Assembly: GCF_006345805.1 (NCBI RefSeq)
Contig: NC_043010.1
Coordinates: forward strand, 57,412,001-57,476,000
From: Octopus sinensis
Lineage: Eukaryota
Direction of reading: 5' to 3'
DNA length: 64,000 nt
Shown in pieces: positions 25,101-38,419 of the stretch. How positions within the stretch are numbered: position 1 is the stretch's first letter; each line of letters opens with the position of its first letter. The notes beneath the pieces are model-generated. The model was not told the DNA's origin. It saw only the letters and a list, made by a program, of their open reading frames with translations, and did not search any database. The translations under genes and the position numbers were made by a program.

Positions 25101-26397
25101 CCAACCATTTTATACACACACACACGCACACACACAAATGCTTGCATATAAGGAAACTTACCTTTGCTCAATATAAACAAGTAATGAACATTTAGATGAC
25201 CAGAATGCTTTGAAATAACTGGCTACAACAAGGGATTATCCAATCAAAACTTGAATGGAAGATAGTTTCTGTCTAAATTAACAAACAACTCCACACCATA
25301 CAACGCCGAGAAGACAACCAGAAATCTTTAAACAGTGAATTCAAAAGATATCAAAGTGAAGGCCCTGAAGAAACTGCATCGGTATTATAGTGGAGTTGCC
25401 ATGGCAACAGTTACTAATCAATGCAATAGAAACATGTGTAGGTCTACTTGAAGCTGTATTTATATATAAAAAGAATTAAAGGTAATGCTAAGCTGCTTCG
25501 TAATATTATTATTATTTCGATGTTAGGAAGAGCATCCGGCTGAGAAAATCCAGAAAAAGCAAAGACTTTGTCATCATCGTCATCGTCATCATTATCATCA
25601 TCATCATCATTTAATGTCCATTTTTTCATGTTTGCATGGGCCAGAAAGAACTTATATGTATTCACATACATATAGCAACACACAGACTCACACACACACA
25701 CACACATATATGGATATATATGTGTGTATATATGTATACATATATATCTATGTATATATGAGTATATATGTATGTGCACATATATATTTATATATATATA
25801 TATGTGTCTGTATATGTATAAATCCCTCCCTCCATTAGCTAATATTCAATATTTGCCATGATAAACTTATTCATTTCCTGTAGATTAAGAAATAAATGAA
25901 CAAACGAAATGATTTTCAGAAAATTTCGTTGGAAACAATTGGTTTTCTTATCTTTGATCTGTCTTTGAGAAAAGTTGCAATGGGTGGGTGTGGGCGGGGG
26001 ATCTCGAGAAGTTAGGGAATGAGGTTTGATTGTATGGAATACCAGAAGGACCTAAATGCTTCATGTTATTTTAAAGTGTGAAACTTTGTCAGAAATATTT
26101 CAGTTTCTTTGGAAAATCCTTTTATAGATTCTTGAAATGTTCCGAGTTTCGATTTCCTGAGACTAATGGAGCAGAATGGCAGCACTGGTAGAGTGCCAAA
26201 CTTTATGGCTTGAAATATTCAGTTGTGTCTCAGTCTGCTGATATTTCGAAGCTAACAAAAGGGCAACAGGTTGTATGATGAATGCTGAACAGCATCCCCT
26301 GCAGTGGAAGCTGGGAGCTGGGGAACTGACAGAATCACTAACATGTTGGATTAAATACTTAACGACATTTCTTCCGACTTAAATTTTGAGCTCAAAT

Positions 26398-26403
26398 TTA
26401 CTG

Positions 26404-26498
<95 letters not shown>

Positions 26499-26529
26499 GC
26501 TGCTACTACTACTGCTGCTGCTGCTGCTG

Positions 26530-26585
<56 letters not shown>
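26398..26585 (+). repeat. Interleaved (CTA)n/(CTG)n trinucleotide tract, ~63 triplets
   Basis: Seen directly; abuts the SINE at 26586. Confidence 0.97.
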
Positions 26586-26586
<1 letters not shown>

Positions 26587-26812
26587 AGGCAGTGTGCTGG
26601 CAGAATTGTTAGCATGCTGGGCGAAATGCTCAGCAGTATGTTGTCCGTCATTATGATCTGAGTTCAAATTCCACCGAGGTCAACTTTGACTATAATTCTT
26701 TGAGGGCTGACAAAATAAGCCCCAGTTGAGTACTGGGGTCAATGTAATCAACTAGTCCCCTTCAATTAAATTTCAGGCCTTGTGCCTATGGTAGAAAGAA
26801 TTATTATTTGTA
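26586..26812 (+). mobile_element. SINE family B (tail type 1)
   Basis: AAGGCAGTGTGCTGGCAGAATTGTTAGCATGCTGGGCG..GAGTTCAAATTCC..AAATTTCAGGCCTTGTGCC..GTAGAAAGAATT. Confidence 0.85.
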
Positions 26813-27223
26813 TTATTGCTGTTGTTGTTATTATTATAATTATCATTAAGTAATTAAATAGGAAAAACAAACACTTCAGTGTGTGTCTAAATGTGTGGCA
26901 ATATGTGTGTGTATATGTGTGTGTGTGTGTGTTTGTGTTTGGGTTCGTATGTGAATGTATATATATATATATATATATACATACAAGGCAGAAGCAATGT
27001 ATTAGTGGATGTTGAGCAGCAAAAGTACCCTGATGAGTGAAAAACTAATCTCACCTTAATAAAGAATTCCACTGAGATTATGAACTTCAGTAAACTTAAT
27101 CAAACTTTTTACCAAATTTGTTGAATAGACTTAATAGCTCATGAATTACAGTTCATCAGTAAAGAGTTCCTCTGGTGGCAGCAAGATGACAGTTCAGTTT
27201 TGTTATTAAGTGATATATATTTC

Positions 27224-27445
27224 TTTACTACCCACAAAGGGCTAAACACAGAGAGGACAAACAAGGACAGACAAACGGATTAAGTCGATTACATCGACCC
27301 CAGTGCGTAACTGGTACTTAATTTATCGACCCCGAAAGGATGAATGGCAAAGTCGACCTCAGCGGAATTTGAACCCAGAACGTAACGGCAGATGAAATAC
27401 AGCTACGCATTTCGCCCAGCGTGCTAACGATTCTGCCAGCTCGCC
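27224..27445 (-). mobile_element. SINE family B (tail type 2), young copy
   Basis: Near-identical to the copies at 21815 and 45358; CpG dinucleotides retained. Confidence 0.9.
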
Positions 27446-28425
27446 AAGCGATATAGTTAGCTGTTACATTATATCCTTGTCAGCTACAATCATTGAGCAG
27501 AATCAAAGAAAAGATAGAAAGACTCTCTGAAGAACTCCTTTTGCGTCTTTTTTCACTCCCAGCATTGTATCGTAGCCACTGAGCAGAAAACCTGGCAAAA
27601 CACTATTCACTCCTTTGTGACTTTTCCTTTGAAAATACCTGATGAGGTGACAGCAGCAGGAAATGTAGAAGAGGATTTCATTTCAAGCCACTGCAGCAGG
27701 AACCTGCTTCACTGATATTTACTACCAACAAACTTACATTTGAAGAGGACAGCTCCTTTCTTGAATTATTGTCTATCAAGTCAAACTCTTTTAATCATTG
27801 AAAACATGACCCTCTTCTAATATTAACCATTTTATCAACATTTTTTCATAATTTCATTTAAGTTTATTTGGAACATTAAAATTCCTGATTCCACCATCAG
27901 TCCTCCCCCCCTCTCTCTCTCTCCCTGTCCTCCTCTCTCTTTCTCTCTTTCTCTCTGTTCATTTACAATAACTGTTGCTATTTTTCTCTATGCTATCTTA
28001 CTTATCATCCAAGTTTCCCTTTTTTCCCCGAGCAATGTCATTTATCATATGTCCCCCTATTTTCAAACAATGATCCACACTTAACAATTAGTTATGTGTC
28101 ATACAAGCGATGTCAGTCACCTCCAATATTCTCAAGAACATGTCTGGCCATGGAGAAATGGTACTTTGCTTGAAGACAGGTGAATGTTAGCAACAGGAAG
28201 AGCATCCAGCCATAGAAAATATGCCTCAATAAATTTCCTCCAATCTAGGCTATTATGAAAAAGGGGACACTAAAGTGATATATATTCTTTAATTCTTTTC
28301 CTTGTTTCAGTTATCAGACTGTGGTCATGCTGGGGCACCACATTGAAGAATTTGCTGGCCTTGTGTCAAAATTTGAGATCATCACCACCACCACTACCAT
28401 AACCACCACCACCACCACCAACACC

Positions 28426-28459
<34 letters not shown>

Positions 28460-29486
28460 TATAGTATACACCTCATTCTTCCTACTTCTATATTTTATCT
28501 CTTTCTCTCCAATGTTGTTTATAGTCTGAACCATTTTCTCTCTTTGTTATTCAATTAATTCTCAATGTTAATGAGAATTACAAAGCCAGATTGGAGCCAA
28601 AATGGCCCCCACTTTCATATCTCACCAACAACAAACCAACTTGCCTTTGAAATAGCTGCCAAACATTGCAGAAACTCATCCAAAAGCCTTCTCTTTATTA
28701 GATTTCTTTCTTAAGAACTTCTTGTAATTATATTCCAAAGATGAAAGGAAAGCGACAAAATCTTGCTGCCACCTTCTGGTCACTGCAATCAGCCGGTCAC
28801 TAGGGATTCCTGTTTGTTGTCATCTTCCTTCATTTATGTCACAGCCCCACCCCATGCCCCCAAAAGAAGGCCCATGGCTTACACAAACCCATAAACCTAT
28901 TTACTCTTCAATTTTCGTAAAACAAAAATATCAATTTTTATAGAATCAAATATCAATTATGAGAAGCTTTCTGTTGGTGGATACACTCACACGAACTGCA
29001 CATGACATGTCTCTGCATAGACACACACACACACGTTCATATAAATGTATATACGTGTGTGTGTGTAAATGTAAACACATTCTGATGATATTCACTCCTG
29101 TTAACTTCATATGGCAAGTCAGTACATATCCATAGACATTCATATGTGTATGTGTGTGTACATGTGTGAGTAGTTGTGTATGTGGTTGTGGATGTGTGTG
29201 TATGTGTATTGCAAATATGTAAATGTGTATATATATCAATATATCTATATCTATATCTATATATATATAATTATATGTGTAGGCTTATGTGTGTGTGTGT
29301 GTGTAAGTGGTTGTGTATGTGAGTGGTTGTGTGTGTGAGTGGTTGTGTGTGTGAGTGACTGTAAATATGTAAATGTGTATATATATCTATACATCTAAAT
29401 ATATATGTGTAGGTTTATGTGTGTGTATGTGTATTGTAAATATGTAAATGTAAATATTGTAAATATGTAAGTATCTATATATATAT

Positions 29487-29540
<54 letters not shown>

Positions 29541-30520
29541 GTGAGTATGTAGACAGAAAGGGATTCTGTTGACATGCACTTTCATTAACTCCACTTGAAG
29601 AATTTCTATATATACAAGTACGTATAAATGTGTATATATAAGTGTGTATAACACATATATATGTGTCTATATGTGTGTACATAGATATGTGTCTATATTC
29701 TTACATACATATTTACATACATGCATATGTACATTCATATATGTGTGATTGTGCACATATATATGTGTGTGTGAATATATATATATATATATATATAAAA
29801 CACATATACATACATACGTACATACCTACATGTACATGTATAGTATGAATGAATGTAGAAAAGGTTGGCAGGCAAGTTGCTTCGGTCCTTCTTAGCTTTT
29901 ATATAAATTGGATATTTTCTCTATTGTCAAACCGTTCCAACTTCTGGAATGGCACATCCCTGCTCCGCCTCCATCCCTGTCTCCATATAATACAAATCAT
30001 CATCCTAAGATGCCGACTCAACGTTCCATCCCCGCCCACCACACGGATATGACACGGTGTCAAGCTGTGTTGTTTCTCATTCACTTCCAGAAATATGAAT
30101 TTTTTTAGTCCCTTTCTATTGACATCCATTCACAAATAGGTTTTGGGCATTGATGGACTGGTGGTGGTGGGGGGGGCAGAGCAGGGGAAAGTTTGGAAGA
30201 GCAAGGAAGAGGCCATGCAGACAAGATGTATTTGTTTATATGTATGTATGTGTGTATGTATGTATGCATGTATGTATGTATGTATGTATGTATGTATGTA
30301 TGTATGTATGTATGTATGTATGTATGTATATTTGTATATATACACGCACACTCAAGTGTGCATGTGCATGACAGTGTAGTTAAGAAGGTTGCTTTTCAAT
30401 CATATTGTTTTTGAGTTCAATCCTACCATACGGCAACTTGAACAAGTGGCTTCAACTAGAGAGTCAGGCTGACTTAGGCTTTGTGAGTAGATTCAGTGGA
30501 TTGAAACTAAAAGAAGCTAG

Positions 30521-30560
<40 letters not shown>

Positions 30561-31714
30561 GTGTGTGTGTATGTGTGTCTGTGTGTGTGTGTGCATGTAA
30601 GTGAGTGTGTTTGTGTGTGTGCATGTGTGTGTGCATGTAAGTGAGTGTGTTTGTGTCTCTTTGTGTTGATGATGTGCAGTGATTGTAAACAAGCTTCACC
30701 CTCATACATGAGGTGTTCATTGTTTCCAGTCTTTAATGAAGACATATCCAGCCATGGAGAAATCCTACTTTGTTTGGAAATCAGCAAAGGTTGGTGACAG
30801 GCAGAGCATTCCCTGAATTCCAGCTGACCCAAGCAAACATGTTTAAGTGGACATTAGAATGATGTAGAAAAGAAGATTTTGCAACATGTATCAAGCATTT
30901 TCTAAAGGTGACAGATTGCTTTGTTGTGGTGGGCAGACATGGACATCACCCCTTTTTGCCATTCTACCCCTTGATTCAGTGATATTTCAAAAACGTAACA
31001 GCTGGAGGGGAGAGTGACAGCTGACCCCAGCAGTCAGTTGGTATTAGATTTCAGCTGATGAAACTGGGGCAATATAAAATAATGTGTCAGATGCAAAAAA
31101 AAATCTGCATCAACCAATACTAGAATGAAATCCATAACTTTAGGATCATAAACCTGATACCCTGATCCCCAGGACATGTTACTCAACTTTATATCTATAT
31201 AAATATATAAAGAAAACAGAAAAATGGAGAAGTACTGATGAACAATAATTGACTTACATCAATTATCATTGAATTATTAATTCGATTTAAATAGACTACA
31301 TCCCATCTAACAGCTGTTTCTGCCTCCAATGTATTGCCATTGATATGCAAAAATATGTAAAAATATTAATCATATTTGGTAATAAAACTGATCTGAAGCA
31401 AGGAGCTTCTGAGCATATGTCTGCATATGAACGCCCATGGTTAAATATACCAGTAGCGTAATGGATACTTCTATCCCTTAGATGGTTATTTTAACCTGTA
31501 ACTCAACTAACCTTATATATATATATATATATATATTCTTTTCTTATTTCTGGCACGTGGCCAGCAATTTTGAGGGTGGGGGGTAAGTTGATTACATCAA
31601 CCCCAGTGCTCAACTGGTCCTTAGTTTATAGGATGACAGGCAAAGTTGACCTCAGCATGAAATACCCCTAAGCATTTTCTCCAGGATGCTAACGTATATA
31701 TTTTTTTATCCTTT

Positions 31715-32232
<518 letters not shown>

Positions 32233-32304
32233 ATATGTGTGTGTGTATAAATGTATGCATGTCTATGTATATATGTATATAATATATACATATATATACA
32301 TGTG

Positions 32305-32346
<42 letters not shown>

Positions 32347-32380
32347 CATACATATACATATATATATATATTATATATAT

Positions 32381-32423
<43 letters not shown>

Positions 32424-32770
32424 TGTATATATATATATATACATACATATACATACATATATGTATGTATGTATGTAAAGTGTTGTAGGATGAGTCAACT
32501 GATCAAAGTAATTGCAGTTGTTTAGTCTCAAACCAAAAGAATGGTTTGAGAAAGAAAATACAAAATGGCTATAAACTTTATTAATCAATACACATCAAAA
32601 TGCAACGAATGTGCTTTTGAAATAGCTTTAGTACTCATCTACCTCTTCCTTTCTAGATTTTTTTTGCATATATATATATATGTTTATGAAAATAAACAAA
32701 AGACGAAGGCAGGTGGAGTACAAACAAACAATTGTATTAGTATGGCGCTCAGGAATAGAAATAAAACAAG

Positions 32771-32808
32771 TCTTTTACGTTTCGAGCCTATGCTCTTCGA
32801 CAGAAAGA
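32771..32808 (-). ncRNA. Minimal hammerhead ribozyme motif, core variant CUGUCGA
   Basis: Minus strand UCUUU-CUGUCGA-A-GAGC[auag]GCUC-GAAA-CG-UA-AAAGA: perfect stems I and II, ACGU palindrome, GUA site; position 6 is U instead of A. Confidence 0.7.
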
Positions 32809-32866
32809 TACACAGAAAAGAAACAAGGAGAGAAACAAGGAGAGAAAAAATGCGTGTAGGAGCTAA

Positions 32867-33780
32867 CGGTCCATCATCATCATCATCATCATCATCATTT
32901 AACATCCGCTTTCCATGTTAGCATTTTGACTGAGGGCTGGTGAACCAGATGGCTGCACCAGGCTCCAATCTTGATTTGGCAGAGTTTCTACAGCTGGATG
33001 CCCTTCCTAATGCCAACCACTCCGAGAGTGTAGTGGGTACTTTTTACGTGCCACTGGCACGGGGGCCAGTCAGGCGGTACTAGAAATGACCTCGCTTGAA
33101 TCCTTTTACACATGCCACCAGCACAGGTGCCAGTAAGGCAACACTGGTAACGATCATGTTCGAATGGTGTCCTTTTATGTGCCACTGGGAAGGAAGCCAG
33201 TTGGCTGCTCTGGCAATGATCACGCTCGGATGGTGCTCTTGGCACCCTACTAGCATGGGCACAAGTGCCAGTAAGGTGATGCTGGTAACGATCACACTCG
33301 AATGTTGCCCTTTAAGTGCCACTGGCACGGAAGCCGGTTAGCCGCTCTGTCAATGATCACACTCATATGGTGCTCTTTGCACCCTGCCAGCACGGACGCC
33401 AGTCATCGAATTTAATTTTGATTTTGTTTTGATTGATTTGATTTCACTTGCCTCAACAGGTCTTCGCAAGCAGAGTTTTAGTGTCCAAAGAAGGAAAAGG
33501 TTACATATAAGTGGGCTGGTTACGCCCCTGGCATAGGCCATGAGATTATGGTTTCATTTGGCTTGCCGGGTCTTCTCACGCACAGCATATTTCCAAAGGT
33601 CTCGGTCACTAGTCATTTCCTTGGTTAGGCCTAACGTTTGAAGGTCGTGCTTCACCACTTCATCCCAGGTCTTCCCTCAACCACTAGGGTGTGGCACTTT
33701 TTCACACAGCTGTCCTCGTCCATTCTTGCCACATGACCATACCAGCGCAGTCATCTCTCTTGCACACCACATCTAAAGCT
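32867..33780 (-). mobile_element. RTE-clade LINE 3' end (ORF C-terminus, 3'UTR, (GAT)n tail)
   Basis: Minus strand [35 protein letters not shown] / KTWDEVVKHDLQTLGLTKEMTSDRDLWKYAVREKTRQAK*. The 3'UTR has ~130-bp internal repeats and ends CGGATGTTAAATGATGATG. Confidence 0.9.
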
Positions 33781-33924
33781 TCTTATATATATTATATTTA
33801 TATATATATATATATATATAATATATATTATAGATATATATGTATATTTATATATATGTCCATATAATATACCGTATATATATATATATATATATATATT
33901 AGATATATATATATATATACATAC

Positions 33925-33969
<45 letters not shown>

Positions 33970-34686
33970 CATAATGTATGTGTATATATATGCATGCAAT
34001 ATCTTTTATATACAACTGTTTACATATTTGAGTTTGAATCCTTTGTCAACCAATGAACCTTGCCTCAATCAATCAGTCTCTCTGCCTGTCTACCAGCCTC
34101 GCTATACATTCCACTCCCTCCCTTCTCATCTGTCTGTCTGTCTGTGTGTCTGTCAGTTGACCCCCCCCCCCTGCAGCTGACCAAAGAAACCAAGATCGGT
34201 GCTAGGACCAACCGCATGACATCTAAACCCATCACTCAAAACGGTCAGGCCTTCAGCCTCTCGATATATCTGCTGCCATCAGTTATTTTCCCTCAACCAC
34301 AAACTGATTCCACCATTAACCTATTCTCCCGACCACATCTTCTCTTTTCTATTCTCTTTTTTTCTTCATACAAAAGAGAATAAAACAAAAAGATGAGATT
34401 AATAGTCTATTCCACCTTTACTGATCATCCAAAAACATCAGCAATGCATTATGTGTGTGTGGGTGTACATGCACACACACACACACACACACGTCACAAA
34501 TATGAAACTCTGAGTAACAGTTTGTGAAGATTTTTCAGCTTTAATAAAATAGTACAGATGTGTGTATGTATAAGAACATATATGCATTTATGTACACATG
34601 TGTGTATATATCAGTCTGTATCTATTCATATAGTTAATACCCCTGTTCCTATAAATATATATTTATCTCTCTCTCTCTCTCTCTCT

Positions 34687-34722
<36 letters not shown>

Positions 34723-34811
34723 ATTTCAAAATGGGTGATGACTAGCATCTTGCTTGAAATTCAAGAGTACCAACGAATTTGAATCAAGCTGATTTCATCT
34801 ATACATATCTA

Positions 34812-34886
<75 letters not shown>

Positions 34887-34957
34887 ATATATATATCTAT
34901 CTATCTATCTATCTCTATCTATCTATCTATCTGTCTATCTATCTATCTATCTATCTG

Positions 34958-34994
<37 letters not shown>

Positions 34995-35995
34995 ACGCAC
35001 ACACACATACATACATACATACATACATACATGCATGCATGCATACATACATACATACATACATACATACATACATACATACATACATGCATGCCATACA
35101 TACATACATACATACATATACATATACATATATATATATTCTTTACTTTTTATTGTTTTTTATTTTTTATTGTCTACTTTTATTTGTATACTTGACATAT
35201 AAAAAAATTATTTTGCCATATAAACAACCTCCTAAACCACAGAATTTCAGTTTGAAAATGGCTATTGAAAATCTTGAAACTCATTAGAGTAACTGTAAAC
35301 ATTATCAATAAAATAAAAGTTAGCCCTGGCAAAAGCCATTTCTACTCATTCTTTCAAATATATATGTATATATATATATTAATGTTTGGTTTAATGTGAA
35401 GTTATAATAAAAACAATTTAACATTAAAAAAAATAATTTTTCAATCATCTTTTTGTACATATTTCTTACACTTTTACAAGATGACGGTTAGCAGTCTGAA
35501 AGTTCTAAGTCCCTTCCTCTGTGCCTGTGTGTACACACACTTACTGGGGGCACTGCTTTTGACAGGTCATAACAATGCTAGAGCTTAGTCAGTTTGGTTC
35601 TTAACCAATCAACCAATCAATGAAGTAACCAATCCTAATTTGCTCTACATTGACAAATATGAGAATGAAGTAAAGAGCAAATTCTGAAACACTAATACCC
35701 AGGTAGATACATCTTAAGTGCAGGACTAAAGAGGCGTTCTTTGACCGAGAGATATGGTTATTATCAATGAAGGGAGGTTAACATCTCAAGTAGGTACTAT
35801 GGGAATCTAAAATAAAAGGTTATGTTGGTATGGGTGAAGGCAGGTTTAAAGACAGTTTTGGCAAACTTTAAGAATAAGTTACCAATTTATTTTTTTGCAC
35901 CAACAAGCCAACCCGCCAACCAACCATTGTACAATTTGGTACAGTTATTAAGTAATTCTCTTGTTGCTACTTTGCTAAGTACCGTGAACTCTATT

Positions 35996-36037
35996 CTTCA
36001 TTGATGAGTTCATAACAATACGGAAACATGTCTGGAG
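35996..36037 (+). ncRNA. Degenerate hammerhead motif (ACAUGU palindrome class)
   Basis: CUUCA-UUGAUGA-[guucauaacaauacg]-GAAA-CAUG-UC-UGGAG: stem I pairs, C3->U, stem II decayed. Related relics lie at 10842-10882 and 18917-18953. Confidence 0.5.
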
Positions 36038-36925
36038 TTGTCTCTGATGCTTGCCAAAATAATTAAAATAACACTGGCCATTGAATAGACATTGTTTATA
36101 TTTTCCTCACAGCATAATTGTTTCTGTTTAGCTTTTTAATGCGTCCTGCATTAAATGTGTTAACAGCAATGTGTAGTCATGTCTTGTCTGTGATGGAAAG
36201 GAAAGAGTTTGGTATGCTCTGCTGGCTGCGTACACTTTGGTTTAGGTATGAAAAGTAGAGCATACTTCAAGTGTATACAGTCATCTAGCCACCACCACCA
36301 CCACCATCACCAACACTACCACCACCACCAACAACAACAATAACAACAACAACAACAACAACACCACAGCCATCACCACCATCACCCTTCACCTTTTCAG
36401 TATCAGATGCTGCAAAGGTAGCTCATCTCCCCTTCCTCCTCCTCCTCTCTCTCCCCCATCTCTCTCACTCTGCCACCACCCTCCTCCACTCCCTCTGACT
36501 AATGCATGTAAATGTGTATTTCAGTGTTTCTGTCTGTGTCTGTATATCTATGCATGCGCTTGTGTATGTATTGCACATGCATACAAGTGTGTGTGTGTGT
36601 GCGTGTGTGTGTGTGTGTGTGTGTGCGTGTGTGTGTGTGCGTGTGCGTGTGTATGCTTGTATCCGAATTGTAAATGTGTACGTGTGTGCCTGCCTATATA
36701 TGTCTGTGCATGTGTTTGTCTAAGAATGAATATGTATACAGCAGTGTGTATGCATGACTATGTATCACTATGTATGTATTTGTGTCTGTATTATATATGT
36801 GTGTGTACATGTGTGTCTTTCCATGTATGACTCTGTGTGTGTGTGTGTGCATTTATATCAGTGTGCTTGTGTTTGCATTATGTATGTGTACATCTGTCTG
36901 CACATGAATGAGTATGTATGTTTTT

Positions 36926-36964
<39 letters not shown>

Positions 36965-36978
36965 CATATCCAAGTACA

Positions 36979-37009
<31 letters not shown>

Positions 37010-37032
37010 TATATATCTATGTACATATAGTG

Positions 37033-37178
37033 TAGGTGCAGGCATGGCTGTGTGGTTAGGAATCTTGCTTCCTAGCCACATAGTTTTGGGTTCAGTCCCA
37101 CTGCATGGCACCTTGGGCAAGTGTCTTCTGCTATAGCCTCTGGCCAACCAAAGCCTTGTAATTGAATTTGGTAGGTGC
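37033..37178 (+). mobile_element. SINE family A head and core
   Basis: GGTGCAGGCATGGCTGTGTGGTTAGG..GGCACCTTGGGCAAGTGTCTTCTGCTATAGCC. Confidence 0.85.
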
Positions 37179-37249
37179 AAGTTCCTGTTATGTGCGTACA
37201 TGTGTACATAAGTACCTGTGCCTCCTCAAAGAGAAGCGAGATATCATCA

Positions 37250-37415
37250 CCATCATCATTGTTTAACGTCCACCTTCCATGCTGGCATGGGTGGGATGGT
37301 TTGACAGAAGCCAGCCTGGCAGAAGCCTGCACCAGACCTCTGTGACTGTTTTGGTAGGATTTTTACAGCTGGATGCCCTTCCTAGCACCAACCACCCAAC
37401 AGAGTGGACTCTAGT
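37250..37415 (-). mobile_element. RTE-type 3' tail
   Basis: CATCATTGTTTAACGTCCACCTTCCATGCTGGCATGGG..ACAGCTGGATGCCCTTCCT..AGAGTGGAC. Confidence 0.8.
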
Positions 37416-37418
37416 TAC

Positions 37419-37477
<59 letters not shown>

Positions 37478-37513
37478 GTGTGTATGTATATGTGTATGTA
37501 TATATATACATAC

Positions 37514-37557
<44 letters not shown>

Positions 37558-37566
37558 GTATATGTG

Positions 37567-37609
<43 letters not shown>

Positions 37610-38419
37610 ATGTATGTATATATATGTATGTGTATATATATATATATATACATAAGTTTGTGAAATATAATGTGCAGATGTGTATGTTTGTGTCTGTGTC
37701 TACATAATGTATATGGATGTGTCCCTGTAGTTGTATGAATATGTGTATGTATGTATTTGTGTTGGTGTGTATGTATATACATGTTTGTGCACTTGTATGT
37801 TTGTGTTTGTCTTTAAATAGTGATATGTAAAAGAAACTTGCTTAAGATACCATACAGTAGGACCAAAACAGAGACCTCATGTGAATATCTTATTCCCACC
37901 CTGGGCCCGAGCTGTGGGATGACATAAATTATATGATTGGAAGTGGGCAGGCAGAGCCTGTAGCTAGAGGACAGGTGTAAGGGCCAAGTTAATAATGTCC
38001 TGACATAAAGGGACCATGTGTCTTTGGAGTACTCAGCCACACACGAGACACCTGAATGAATAAGTCGTTTAGTTGAGTGATCAACATGAGAATGCAGGTA
38101 TTTACCTTTTGAGGAATGCGTGTGTCTGTTTGTACATGTGTGTGTATAGGCGTATATGTATGTGTTTATGTGTGTGTCTGTATGTGTTTGTGTTTGCACA
38201 TCTATGCGTACACGTGTTTGTATATGTGTGTGAGAATGTTGTAATGCATGTATGACTGTGTGTGTTTCTGTGCATGTATATGTGTATGTATATGGATAGT
38301 GCATATATGCATGCATATATATATGTAGGTGTGTTTGTGTGTGTGTGTGCGTGTGTGTATGTCCATGTGTGTGTGTGTGTGTGTACGTTTGTGTTTATGT
38401 ATGTGTCCCTGTGTGTGGT

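Noticed and set aside
27638-27672. CTGATGA...GAAA string (also at 27029)
   Set aside because: No stem II or stem I pairing; chance match.
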